A stretch of DNA of 62,984 nucleotides, counting the filler, from Asterionella formosa (taxonomy: Eukaryota), in NCBI GenBank assembly GCA_002256025.1. It is 5 parts of 5 records of this genome, joined end to end, with 100 filler letters (N's around TTAATTAATTAA, not from the genome) between each part and the next. Parts side by side here need not be neighbours in the genome. Positions count along the whole stretch, not along the records: positions 28,713 to 57,316 come from NKIB01001179.1; positions 57,417 to 59,205 come from NKIB01001182.1; 3 more parts are not named here. One strand, 5' to 3'. Shown one piece after another: positions 45,850-58,722 of this stretch. The translations under genes were made by a program, and so were the position numbers. The notes under the pieces are model-generated. The model was not told the DNA's origin, did no database searches, and was given only the letters and a program-made list of their open reading frames with translations. Position 1 is the stretch's first letter. Every line of letters starts with the position of its first letter.

Positions 45850-46340
45850 CAATATGGAGATAGAAGCAGCGCCTCCCAGCGCACCAGGGGACACATCATA
45901 AGTGCGCATCAAGCACTGTGATCTGGTTCAATCACCACAGACATAAAGAGAGTTGAATTCAATCCAGCATTAGCACACACAGTGACCATTCACTATACCT
46001 GTATAAAGGAACAATCAATAGTGACAGTGTGATCGAAGTAGCGCCTCCTGGCAAATCAGTGAATCCAGCAGCATTATGTATCCAGCAGAGTGATTGAAAT
46101 AAATCGCCACTGTAATAAATGAGAGTTGAATTCAATCCTCAATGGAAAGAAACCAGCAAACATATTGACAACAAGTAGAAAGACATTAGATACAGGAACA
46201 ATTGATAATGATATGGAGATCAAAGAGGCGCCTCAAGGTGCAGAAGTGAACCGCACAGCATTAAGCATCAAGCATCAAGCAGAGTGAGGGTAAAAACTTG
46301 CTACAGAAAGAATGAGAATTGAATTCAATCCTGAAAGGAA
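45850..46340 (+). repeat. Three degenerate ~175-bp tandem repeats, probably a decayed coding repeat
   Basis: Recurrent GCGCCTC ... GAGAGTTGAATTCAATCC at about 45950, 46120 and 46315. The first unit reads MEIEAAPPSAP in an ORF. Confidence 0.65.
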
Positions 46341-46764
46341 AGAAATGAAATGGCACAAAAAATGACACTGGCTCCAATGTCCTTTGCCACAAATCACAAT
46401 CTAAGATCAACACTTTCTTCACAGGTCATATTACAAGGTGAAGAGTTTCTCACTCTAACACCTTCTGCACTCACTTACACCTTGACAGGCGGTCAACAAG
46501 GTGTTCCCACAATCACCATCCCCGCTTGACAGCTGCGCCATAAGTCAACAATACGTATATTAAGTTGATATCAGGAGGGTTAGAATTTTCTAAACCCAGG
46601 CTGTTCATGCCAGGAAGTGCCATGTGAGCTGCCCTATTTTCAATAGAGTAGTTTTAAGGTGCAAAAAAATTGAAGTTATTATATATACACTTACAGCTTG
46701 CTTCACTATTAGCTTTACTTGATGAATAATATATGCTATTAAAACCATATATAGAACGCTTTTG

Positions 46765-47045
46765 CTGCCAATTTGGTGACACCCATTTGGAAATACTGAT
46801 TTGGCACTACCAATTTGGAGATACCAATTGGGAGTATTACAGGTGATGTCACTGAATATGCCATCATAAACTTAATGTAGAAATCAACACCCCAGAAGTT
46901 TGAGTGGCTTGATACCAATTTGAGTCAATTGGGGAACATTCGCCTTGATTTGGCGCCAAATTTGGGTCAGAAGTTCCATGGTCAAGCAAACAAACTTCTG
47001 GGATTTCAAATTTTTTGGCCCCCAATTCAGCTTTCCAAATTGGGT
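46765..47045. repeat. Cluster of CCAATTTGG-like palindromes, possible transposon subterminal region
   Basis: CCAATTTGG, CCATTTGG, CCAATTGG, CCAAATTTGG and CCAAATTGG recur within 300 bp. Confidence 0.5.
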
Positions 47046-48398
47046 ACTTCTCGACTCCTGTGCAGTTACATCTGCCACAAGATAATGGATTGATAGCAAT
47101 CCTTTCACTGAGGGATGACGACAGTGAGCTGGAACCATATATACTGCAGCCATGCATGTTGGGGAGAGGTCATCGGAATACCCGGTATACGCATACGAAA
47201 TATCGCAGGTACATTTTTGTCACAGTTGTCAGTTTCTACCACGCGGTATAGCAATCAAAAACTAGAGCAGATAGATAATATATGAACAGCATTCATAAAA
47301 GTTGAAAGAATGGATACGTATGCGGGGATTGCGACCCCATTTTGGTGTACAGTACCTGGTACCTAGTATTCTCTATACCGACCGAGTGATGAAACAGCAA
47401 GTTGTAGAAGTCACTTAACATTTGATAGCTTCCATTGGCCTTATGGAATTTAGTAATGGTGATTTGAGACACGACCAAAAGGACAGCAAAGTTCAATTGG
47501 TTCTATAATCCTACGCTGGCTATCTTCCAGATAAGCAAGTGCAGGGGGGAGCACGTCAATGTTTGTCCCCGTAGTGGGGGCAAACACTACTCGTCTCCAT
47601 TTATTGGCTAGCGACATAGCGATGAATCACGGTCTCTCCACCACGTATTCCATCGGGGAGTCATTATCAGCCCACACCAAGATCAAAAGCTATGTAGCTC
47701 TTTCAGTACCCGCCCAATAATGTGCACATACAATAATTACTGCTCAGCGGCCGTCAGTATTACAAAAGACGTCCACGAAGTGTTGGGTCACTTTTCATCC
47801 TCGTGAAACGCATAGCAGGGTACCACTCCAAGAATACGAAAGTAAAAGCAAAGCAGCCTTCAGCGCAAGTAATACTCTGATCTGTGATTCATTTCAAAAA
47901 GACCCATCGCCTGTCGTTGTTTTTCTGCAAAATTCCTAGGGGCGGTCCATAGGAGGTCCCGCCTTGTCAATGTTGGCCGTCGGATGGGAGCAAATAAATA
48001 AGTTTTTTTGCAATACAATAAGTTGGGGGTGGGGTGTCCGGGACCTGAGATACAATTACAATGTGATTGCGACTGCAAAACAACAAGGCGCGAACTCCCA
48101 TAGAAAATCCACTGCATTTCGTCAAAACAAACGGGTGTGGACGACAATGCTTTGGTTCCTCAAGTCGTGAATCGGGACTACGTGAGTAGAGTTCGGTATT
48201 GTTTCAACAATGAAAATGTGAGATGCCCATTAGTATTTCTAGGTTCTTACGCGTGCGTGAAGAATATGGTAGGCTTCATCTACCCTCCGCTTGATGTCAA
48301 GCCGCATCTTGCGCTTTTCAGTTTACCAACTTCTCACAAATCTCAGTTCGGCATCTTGAATATTCTTTCACCAAAAGAACCAACTTTCTTCGTTCACC

Positions 48399-49631
48399 AT
48401 GAAGTGCTCCCTTTTTCTCGTCACCACTCTCATCGCCGTTACCACTTCGGTTGTCGCTGCTGAGAAGAAGGCGCCCTTAACTATTGAGGTGTTGGTCACT
48501 GTTGACAACCACTTCGCTCGTGACTTCAATCCTGCAGAGGAACGCCTCTTGGACAAGTGCATGACTTCTACCTTCAACGAGATCCATGGTAAAGCCAAAG
48601 TTACCATGAAGGGTGTGACAAATGATCCCGAGAATGCCTACTTTGCAAGCCTCTCTCACGTTTCCGAAACAATCGTCGAGACCAAGAAAGAGTGGCCAGC
48701 ATTCAAGTGGTACACCAGCTACCGCTGGAAGACGGTGAATATTGCCGTGTGCACCACCTGCCCAACGGACTGTCCCACGGCAGAGCACCTTGGCGACGGC
48801 TTAGCTGCAACGTCTTGGGTGTGCCAGAACCCTGAGAAGGCAACGATGCTTTCTGATGCCCAGCGCTTCCGCCTTCATGAAGCTGAGCGACACCTCGAAT
48901 GGGAGGCTGGCATCTGCGACTGCCTCACCCAAAGTGACATGAATTCGTTAAATGGTGCCGATAAATGCAAAGTCACGTTTTCTCCTGTCGAAGATTTCAG
49001 CAGCCTTGAAGTGGATCCTCTGCCTGATCAAAAGGAAGATGTGAACGAGAATGGCGAGGACGATGACTCGTCAGATGGCTTCTTGCATGTACTTCACGAA
49101 TCCGTGGTCATGATTAACACAAGACATGGCAAAGATATCACGCCTGAAGAAAATGCCTTCTTGGCACGATGCATGATGGACACATTCAATGCCCTTCCGT
49201 TGAATTCTGATAACAAAATGGAAGAAGCTGTTGTCGAGAACAACAAACTGAGTTTCCTCAGCGATTTCGTTGCTCCGTCGCCTTTCACTTTTACTCCAAT
49301 CAAGTTGCAGTTTAAATATGCTAGTTTTTTCTGGTTGAAAACGCATGTCAGTTCTTGCGGAAAATTTTGCTATGATGGGGGTTGCCCCGCTACGGCCGCA
49401 CAGTGGATGTGTTTGAGCCCAACGAAGGTTCAGTTACTTTCCGATGCCGAGTACGTACACTACATTCTTCGTAATAACCACAACCAATGGGAGCAAGACA
49501 TGTGCAGCTGCCTTATTGAAGGAAATATGGATGGCTTCCAAGGAATGCAGAACTGCAAGATCACATTTCCCCCTGCTGCAGAAAGGGCTCTTGTACAACC
49601 TAGTCTTCGCGGCTCCACCATGGCCGAGTAA
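48399..49631 (+). CDS. Secreted Cys-rich protein with two homologous domains (410 aa)
   Basis: Signal peptide. Two ~170-aa repeats (CM..TFN, C..C...CP, W.C..P.K...LSDA, H..WE...C.CL, C K.TF.P) separated by an acidic linker. Confidence 0.85.
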   Translation: MKCSLFLVTTLIAVTTSVVAAEKKAPLTIEVLVTVDNHFARDFNPAEERLLDKCMTSTFNEIHGKAKVTMKGVTNDPENAYFASLSHVSETIVETKKEWPAFKWYTSYRWKTVNIAVCTTCPTDCPTAEHLGDGLAATSWVCQNPEKATMLSDAQRFRLHEAERHLEWEAGICDCLTQSDMNSLNGADKCKVTFSPVEDFSSLEVDPLPDQKEDVNENGEDDDSSDGFLHVLHESVVMINTRHGKDITPEENAFLARCMMDTFNALPLNSDNKMEEAVVENNKLSFLSDFVAPSPFTFTPIKLQFKYASFFWLKTHVSSCGKFCYDGGCPATAAQWMCLSPTKVQLLSDAEYVHYILRNNHNQWEQDMCSCLIEGNMDGFQGMQNCKITFPPAAERALVQPSLRGSTMAE

Positions 49632-50086
49632 TCGAGTCTTCATCTGGGTTGCTTAAGTTTGTGAGCTTGACGACACTGTTGTTTTGAGCTATCCGACACT
49701 TTCTACCCACTTACATAGCATGAATCTTCACCTTCTGTTGCGGGGTCAGGATTTGCGACATTTACAAATAACATCCAAATTTATAAATGATTGAATAGAA
49801 ATCCATACTGTCGCCAGCTTACATACTATAGAAATCTGAAACAACCATGAGCCGTCGATGACGTGGTACAAGTTGTAGTAAAATGGAGACAAGAACGCAA
49901 TAGAAGTCGTTGATGGCTCGGCAGAATTGAATATTTTGGTGTTTTTGCATAATACTGATGCAATTCCCACATGTGTATTCATTGACTTGTTCTTTGGAAA
50001 AGCGCAGAATTGCTATCAGCAAAAGATGGGATAGCAAAAAAAACCGATATAAGACCTTCCAACATTAGTGTACAAAAATCAATGTA

Positions 50087-53000
50087 CTAAACGACCTCGA
50101 AAGTTAAAAAAGGTCGACTGCATACATCTGTTGTAACGTTCTCGTCGCAACTACAGCATGCATCTGGTGTGCATAGAACAGCATCACACGGGACATACAG
50201 AGACGTGGTGCCATTTTGAGATGAACAAACCTGTGTGGAAATTCTTCCGTTTATCTTCGTGAAACGAATATCCAAACAAACTTACGAAACGAAACGAAAC
50301 CGTGTTAGAATAATAAAGCGATCATAAGCTATATATAACTGAAATAGCGAGGGAAGACAACATACCAATTGGTCCTGTCTCTCCGAAGCCGGAAGGGAGC
50401 ATGCCTGTCAAATTATTCTGGCCCAGATTCACTGATTCTACAAAAGCACAAAAACAATTTAATTAGGGCATGGGGAAAATGAATATATTTGGGAACTGCC
50501 ATACAAATATGACATACTTAGAGGAAGCTTCGTCAAGACATTGGGAATTGATCCAGTCAGCTTGTTTGTCCCAATGTTCAAAAAGGCTTTGCTTTGTGTG
50601 TCAGTGAAAGGAATAGTGTGGGAGAGGCAATAAAACAAATATAACTTACTGAGGGAAGTCAACGATCCGAACGAATTTGGAATTGATCCAGTTAATCCGT
50701 TCCCTTGAGCCGAAAAGCTCTCTTTGTCGTAAAATGACAACATCATGGTAAGTTTTTTCAAGGGATAGAAACAGAGATCATATCTTCATGATAACTTACC
50801 AAGATTTGTCAGTTTCCCCATGAGAGACGGTATAGACCCAACAAAAACGTTAAAATCTAATTTGACCTCGGACAGTGTTGTTATTGTGACCAAAAAGGTA
50901 GGAATTGAGCCAGTCAGACCACAACTACCATCGTGATCGCAGGAAAACGAAATTTTTCGGAGTTTGGTCAAGTCGGATACGGTTGACGGAATTGGTCCAA
51001 CCCAAGCATTGTTCGACAAAACTAGGCTCATGAGTTCCATGAGATTTCCCAATGTAGAGGGGAGGGTACCCGATATCTGATTGCCCGAAAGGTCAAGGTA
51101 TTTGATAGCCTTGAGATTGCCGACTTCTGTTGATAATGCACCTTTGAATTTATTGAATCCAAGGTTGAGGTAAAGTAGATTACTCAATTCGTACATTTCT
51201 CTTGGTAATACTCCAGTGATGCCCGTATTGGTTAACGCAAAATGTGATAGACTAGTGAGACCTCCAATGTCTTGCGGAAGAGATCCAATCAACCCTTGTG
51301 ATCCACCATAACCGATTGCGAGATCAAGATGTTTGAGATTTTTCAGTGTGAAGAGCTCGATCGGTAGAATGCCGGTGAATTTATGCGGGGACAAAACAAG
51401 AAACTCGAGATTTTGAAGCATTTCAATCTTTGTCGGAATGGACTTTTGAAGATATGATTTCGTTAAGTCCAGGCTCACTAAGCCTGTCAACTCGAAAAGA
51501 CTCAGAGGCAAGCCATTTCCTTGCTTCAGGTTATTGTCAGTCAAGTTCAGGCTGGTGATTGTGTCGTTAGTGCAGGATACTCCGAACCATGTGCACTCAT
51601 CGTTGAGCGACAGCCAACGATCTCGGTGATTCCAAATGTCGGGCGTGGCCCCTGTCCAATCGACGAATAAGGAAACCAGAATAAAACGATTGTATCTTTT
51701 CTGTTCATCCCAATCAGTGTACAATGTATCGTTTGCCAACCACCAGAGGGCCACATTTTCCGCAAGGCAGCTGTTTACATCGTCGGGAACATCAAATAAA
51801 TCAGTATACTTTAGGGAAAAATAGTTACCAGAAACCTTGGCTGTTTGATTAGAGGTGATGGATGAACCACATGCGCAGTCAATAATGACTTGAGGGAAAT
51901 TTGTTGCAACATATGGGCAATTAGGGCTAGCCGATGGTTCCTGGGAAGGTTGTGTAGGGCTTGGGAATCCAGTCACGACAAGGGTGCTATCGCCGCTTCC
52001 GGCTGATAAAGGCACACCCACGCCTATACCGACGCCAATACAAGCCAAAAGAACAACGCCGACAAAATATAGTTTTTTCCTATATTGAGGATGCGTATTT
52101 TCATGAGTGCCCAATTCCCTATCGCTTAGGCCATCGTCAACATCAAGGGGTAGATTGCCATCACTTGGCTGGTCGATGCCTCTCATCTCTGGAGGTAGGT
52201 GTTCTTGATCGTCACTGCCAATCCTTTGACGAGATGAGATATTTTGAGAACTTTCCCAGACTCTTTGACGGTTGTCACCGACATTTGGCATATTACCACG
52301 GAAGCTTCCATTTGTGCTCGCACCACGTATGCTACGGGGATTTTCATCGGGGCCAATATTTCGCAAACTGCCACGGATATTCTGACCCATTTCACGCATT
52401 CTCCTACCCCACGCAGGTAGAGCTCCAATAGGCCTTCCCTGCACTGAGTATGCACCAGGTTGAACACCCATGGGTAGGCTTCCTCTTCGTTCTTTTAATG
52501 CCCTTCGCGGTGCGAGTGGACCATCAATCCCTGGTCCAGGCAAGCCTGCAGGCATGGAAGCCGATAACGGTACATTATTTGGCTGATGCATTGCATGCTG
52601 AGAGGATTTTGGGCGAGCTACAGAAACGATGGGTGCTGAAAATCGGAAGCTTTCGGTATTTGTTGTTTCCTCAGAGTCTGATGTCATTTCCAACAAGGCA
52701 GGAGTCCTGCTCCTTGAAGACGAAGGTTGAAGACCTTCATCGTGACGACGATTTTGACCTTTTTTCTCCATCGCAGTTGACGCGCCCACAAAGTTTCTCA
52801 GACTTGAAGAAATTTGAGCTGGAACAGGTCCTGAATGTGTCGGTCCGAGGTTGCCGTACTCGGCAACCATCTTTCGTTGCGATCTGGCTGCCAAGGAATT
52901 GTCTCGCCCTTGCGATTCTGAAGGTTGGCACTTCATTGATGGAGCAGGAGCAGGACCTGAATGCATCGGTCCAGTATCTCCATACTCCGCAGCCATGTTT

Positions 53001-53743
53001 CGCTGCAATCTGGCTGCCAAAGAATTGTCGCGCTGCTGTAGGTCTGAAGGTCGGCGATTCATTGCAGAAACTGGCGCAGGTCCCGCATGGGTCGGGCCGC
53101 TGTCGCCATAGTCGGCCATCATTTTTCGCTGCAGTCTGACTTCTAGCGAGTTGTCTCTCTGTTGATGCTGTGAAAATTTCCGCGTCATCTCTGTAATTGG
53201 AACAAGTTCCGAATGTGTCGGGCCGCTGGCCCCAAATTCTGCAGCCATTTTTCGCTGCAATCTCGCTTCCAGCGAGTTGCCTCTCAGTTGATGATCTAAT
53301 GACTGCGGCATCACTGGTCGGTGACTTTCATCTTCTTCTATTTTAAATTTGTGAGCCATGCGAAACGAGAAAGCCGGAGTGACACGCTGTCGAGGGGCTG
53401 GATCAGCATGGCTCTCCACATTGGTTCGAGGCATGTCGCGATGTAATGATGGCGGCCGCGCTACTCCAGATTGTTCATTATCGAAGGGGCTCATGTTACT
53501 CTGTGGAAGAGCTTCAACATAGGTATCTGACTGATGTGCTAGTGGTGATAAGTCATTTTCCGACTTTGAGAAGGCCATGTTGTTGTTGCATGTGGTATTT
53601 CCTGAGTTCATTCTCCGCGATTGACTTGACTTCCTTTTCTTTTTCTTCTTCTCGCTACTCTTCTTTTTCTTCGACAACTCCTCTCCTCGTTGATCCGTAG
53701 GGTATTTCTTTGCATCTTCGCTGAACCCTGTACTCATGTTCAT
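50087..53743 (-). CDS. LRR receptor-like type II membrane protein; exons 53743-50800, 50721-50650, 50586-50518, 50437-50366, 50280-50087
   Basis: Long disordered N-terminus with PGAYSV, one TM segment (LYFVGVVLLACIGVGIGVGV), an LRRNT (WLS..ECTWFGVSC), plant-type LRRs (LxLxxNxLxGxIP) and a Cys-rich C-cap. Four GT-AG introns restore the frame. Confidence 0.9.
52825..53290 (-). repeat. Intragenic 126-nt (42-aa) repeat x4
   Basis: RDNSLxxRLQRKMxAEYGxxGPTHSGP units. Confidence 0.9.
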
Positions 53744-54129
53744 GGTCTCAATGGTGGTTAATTGTTATGTTGAGTGATGTTGAGTTCTTCATCCGACCAT
53801 CAAAATGACCGACTTGAACTACTGGTATACCGGTTTCGCTATAAATATTCTGAGATAGTTATATTCCGCCGGCCGGTAGTAAATTAAATTTGTGGTGTTA
53901 CCAGGGAACCATGCGGTAATACAATCCTGTATCGTTGTATTAACAGGAGGACAACGCGAGCATGGTTATACTCTCTGATATGTACTGATTTGTCCAACGG
54001 TACAAGATATATGTCCTCAGTTACCATACTTAGTACATATGAGTTTGTATGAGAACATATGCCGGTAAGATAATACCAACAACCTGTTGTCTTACATAGG
54101 ATATATCCAAACATTTGGTACTGCTACTT

Positions 54130-54220
54130 GCAAGTTGCGGTCATTTTGCTTAAATAAACAATTTAATATGGGAGAAAGATACCTAAACTTTTAGTTTCAG
54201 CACAATTAACGTAACTTGCT
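54130..54220. mobile_element. ~90-bp MITE-like element (inverted relative to the 33811 copy)
   Basis: GCAAGTTGCGGTCATTTTGCTTAAA ... TTTCAGCACAATTAACGTAACTTGCT. Confidence 0.75.
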
Positions 54221-54419
54221 GGTACCAGGTACTACCAGGCAAATGTGACTGGCATCTTATCGTTTAGGAACCACGATTTGTATAGGCATTGAGACCTATC
54301 GCACTGTACATCTGCTGTTCCTGTGTCTCATATCCCACTCTTGTACCAGGTCCTAGTACGGTAGATGGAATCGAACCTGCTACCTCAGAAGGTGAGCTAA
54401 AAAATGACGCTTTTCCCCT

Positions 54420-55100
54420 TCACAAAGTACATGATGTACTATAATATGACACACCTGTTTGTGCGAGAGGAACATCCAGAAAAAGTAGGTTTCTACTCTG
54501 GGAAACATAAAGCTGCCTAAATATGTTTTCCCCAAGATCCATTGCATCAATGTACTGGTAGGACAGTTCCTCTTGTTGACTGTAGGCAGGTTTGAAGGCT
54601 GCAAATACATTATCCTTCACAACTTCTTGTACAAATTCTTCTCAGTACTTTGGTCCCATGCATGCATTCAGATGATTGGGTCCTCTGCCCTTCTTGATGC
54701 TCATGTACCAGCAAACTAGAAAACTGCTTTGGCCAAAATTCAAAGATGCATCATTAAAAAATAGCCTTTGCATAGCTAGCATAATATATACATATATTTC
54801 TACCTTCAAGTAGCCATTCATTGTCAAGCCAAAGAAAAAAATTCAAGGGTCCTAGTGCGACTTCACAACCTCCACAATATTTCGAGTTCTTTATTAATAG
54901 CATACAAAAGAATTTCGCCTTTGATCTGAAGTTGTGTGGTTTGATTGCCGCAATTTTTTAAAAAGCAATTGTTGGGTTCGACTCCCACACTCCTTACCAT
55001 CCTGCATGGTCTTGCCTGGTGTTCAAGAAATAGTGGGTTTGCCGCCCTACAAGCAGCTTGTGCCGCCTTGCTTCCTAGGCAGTCGAAGTTCCCCAAAAGC
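54420..55100 (-). mobile_element. Decayed repeat, possibly a Mutator-like transposase remnant
   Basis: Homologous to 13170-13680. The broken frames include FFNDASLNFGQSSFLVCWY, loosely resembling the MULE D...CxxH region. Confidence 0.4.
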
Positions 55101-55752
55101 TGCAGCAAAGACAATCACCTTTCATGAAAGGTGGTTGGGGACTCACCTATGCTAACAAAACTAGGGAAGCACAGGTCTTGTCAGCAGACAGCACAATGAA
55201 CACTTGCCTTGAAAAATTGAAAAAGGGGTGTAGGAATGGGCTGTAAAACAGATATCATTTTTTTAGTTTAAGGAGGCAGAAAGGACTCCTGTAGTACAGT
55301 AGCCTGCTACATTAAGATGGATGCATAGCTACGGTATGTAAACAAACGGTATACCGGTATTCTCGAGACAACTGTTACTTTATACCGGTAGTATGAATGT
55401 GAACTACGGGAAACATATTGTACATACGAAATTCAATTGAACAATAAATATGATGCTGTACCGGAAGGCCAAATATATACTACCGGGTATATACTACTGT
55501 ACTCTGTAAGTTGTATGCAAGGCATTTCCCGGTAATACTGTTACCAGATAACATACCTGTTACAAGTATAATAGTTAGGCAGATATACCGTTATCCGGTA
55601 TCTGTACAGCCACAAAATTATTACATATTTCGGAAGACACAAAAGGATCCAACGTATTACCGAACACAGGAACCGTACGTAATCAGCAGCCACATTGGAC
55701 AATCCACCTTCCTCAGCAGGCACTTGTCGTCGGGACACTGTGACTTTTCACC

Positions 55753-57316
55753 ATGTTGGGCAAACCTGGATCTGGTGGTGCCCGCCCCAACCGGCCTGTT
55801 CGTCGCAAGACGCAAGAGTCCACCGAAGATCTAATTCGCCAGCATGGGCGAGTTCCGGCCAACAAGAAGTGTGCGGATTGCTCTACCAAAATGCCGCAAT
55901 GCGTGAATACGACGGTGGGCACGTATATTTGTCTGACCTGCTCTGGCATTCATCGTGAACTCAACATGCGTGTCAAGGGAATTGCCGCGTCCAGTTTCAC
56001 TATTGAAGAAGTCGAGCGTATGCAATCCACAGACAATGACAAGGTCAACGCTGTCTTTCTGGCAAAGTACAACCCAGCGGTAGATCGGCTGACCCCGCCG
56101 GTGGACAATCGTGATGAGGCGTATTTGCGGCAATGGCTTCGTCGCAACTATCAGGAAAAGGCTTGGTACCAACCAGAGTCTCAGCAACCGACGATTGCTG
56201 CAATCCCCTCCAAGAGCCAGCCCACTGCGCCTCCAGCGGACCTCTTGGGCTTTGCGGCCGACGCAACTGCGCCTGTCGAAAACAATTGGGATGCCTTTGG
56301 TGGAAGTTCTCAGAATGTACCGGCTGCATTTCCAGCCAACTTTGGGTCGACTTCCTCATCGAACGGGAACGCATTCCCTGCTGATTTTGGTTCCACTCAA
56401 AATGCGGATTTCGCCAATTTTGGTCAACGGCAGCAACAAGCCCCTGTTACTCAGCAGCAAAATAATTTTGCCAACTTTGGGCAACCGCAGGCACCGCCAC
56501 AACAACAGCAATTTGCCAACTTTGGAGACCCACCTCCTCAGCAAGCACCGCCACAGCAGCAGCAATTTGCTAACTTAGCAGGTCATCCCCAAGAAACAAC
56601 GCCTCCTCATCAAGCACCGCCACAGCAGCAGCAATTTGCTAACTTTGGAGGCCAGCAGCCCCAGGCTCCTGCTCCTCCTCAGCACGCACCGTCACAGCAG
56701 CAGCAATTTGCTAACTTTGGGGACCAACAGCCCCAGGCTCCTACACCTCCTCAAATTGCTCCGCCGCCGCAGCAGCAATTTGCTAACTTTGGAGGCCAAC
56801 AGACCCTTGCCCCTATCCCTCCTCACCAAGCTCCGCCACAGCAGCAGCAATTTGATAACTTTGGAGGTCAACCCCAGGGAATTGCGGTTCCTCAACAAGC
56901 TCCGCTACAGCCCCAGCAATATCCTAACTTTGGAGGTCAGCAAACCCAACCTCCTGCACCTGGTCAGCAGCAATTTGCTAACTTTGGAGGCCAGCAGCCC
57001 CAGGCACTTGCACCTCCTCAGCAAGTTCCGCCACAGCAGCAGCAATTTGCTAACTTTGCAGGTCAGCCCCAGGTAACTGCGCCTTCTCAGCAAGTACCAC
57101 CCCAGCAACAACAATTTGCTAACTTTGCAGGTCAGCCGGTTCATTCTCAGCAAGTCACACCTCCCCATCAGCAGCAGCAGCAGCAACAACAACAATTTGG
57201 AAACTTTGCTCCACCACTGGCTCCACCGCCTCCTCCACCGCAACAGCAGTATGGAGAACAGTCCGGAACAGGTCAGTCAATGTCTCCTGCTCCGACCCCA
57301 CAAATGCAACCTCAAC
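55753..57316 (+). CDS. ArfGAP (AGFG-like) with Gln/Pro-rich FANF repeats; 3' end lost in gap
   Basis: NKKCADC...ICLTCSGIHRELNMRVKGI zinc finger with the catalytic Arg, followed by ~13 QQQFANFGG-type repeats. Confidence 0.92.
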
Positions 57317-57416
57317 NNNNNNNNNNNNNNNNNNNNNNNNNNNNNNNNNNNNNNNNNNNNTTAATTAATTAANNNNNNNNNNNNNNNNNNNNNNNNNNNN
57401 NNNNNNNNNNNNNNNN
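57317..57416. other. Artificial contig spacer
   Basis: N44-TTAATTAATTAA-N44. Confidence 0.98.
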
Positions 57417-58722
57417 TACTACCTGCTACTGGTACTCTGTATATATATATGATATATTGTTATTGTCATACCGGTATGATGTACCGGTACACATGAAGAG
57501 CTCCCGACCAAAAAAGGGGCTTAAACAATTTGCTACCAAAACCCTGGCGGCTATTTAACGGTCTAAATAATTAGTTTCAACGGACGTAAAAAATATCGAT
57601 GCAAACAAATATCAGAAACAGTTCCGGTACACGTAGTCGTGGAAAACAATGGACTTATAGTGCATTAAGTATTTTCGAATTATGTATATGCGAGTATGAT
57701 CATCCCAACCATATCAGATGTTCCATGTCGAGAGCGCCTTTGAATTTTATAAATGTATAACACTTAATATATATATATATATATATTTACAAATTTTATT
57801 AGTATATTCATGGCAAAAATATTTTTCAAATCGTTCTGTCATGTTAACAAACAATGCCTGCTGCTTCATGAAAAGATACGTCGTAGTAAGGCACATTAAG
57901 AGAAAAGAAAATTTTCACAATACATAACGAAAAACATTGTGACTTCGACACATTGCGCCTTCGAAGGATGGAGAATGTTTAAGGTAATGAAGCCATCAAT
58001 GTGGTAGCTACTTGGATGACAATCGTTGGGAGACAGGCAGCACAACAACAAATTGTTAACTAAACGCAGCCACATTTCCTTTTTTCTCAGTTGATTAAAC
58101 AGCTCGTTTCGCTTGTTGGGGAGCACCAATGTAAAACAAAACCAAACCAAATTGCGTAAGTGCTCTTGTCGCTCGTTGGACCTATGCACTTCTGTTGGAA
58201 CAAAGCTGACAAAACGTTTACCTTCTCTCAAAGTTAAGATGACAAAAATGAACCGGTAAGTTTTATTCGACAACATTGGATACCCGAAACTTACTTATTC
58301 AAGAATTTACTGACAAGTTACTATTACAGACTTTTGCATCAGTTGCATTGATTTGTGGTAAGTGAAGCAAGAGGATAAGATGGAATCGCGTGTCGTTGTT
58401 TCAATGTAATATGACTACTTGCTAACAAATCATTTCTTCTCATTGTTTCTGTAACTGCATAGGTTGCTGCAATGTCAATTGAATCCTCGACTCAAATGAA
58501 AGAACTCTGCAATACAGTTGAATGGTAAGTGTGTTCTTGTTGTGTACCTAAATGCTAGTATGGCTTGTCAGCTCACGCATTGTTGTTGACAACAGGCAGG
58601 GACAATGAGGGCCGGAATGACTGCTGCTACTACAGCGGGACAGTACCGGTAAATGAATTTAAGATCATCGAACTTTAAGGAAGACAACGACAACAGCTGG
58701 TCGTGTTGCTGGTCCACTTTTA

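Noticed and set aside
47559..47586. 11-bp hairpin TGTTTGTCCCC-GTAGT-GGGGGCAAACA as a Helitron end or terminator
   Set aside because: No CTRR terminus or U-tract follows, and no second copy is in the window.
56440..57210. Regularly spaced CAGCAGCAATTTGCTAACTTTG repeats resembling a CRISPR array
   Set aside because: In-frame coding repeats of the ArfGAP with related spacers, in a eukaryotic context with no cas genes.
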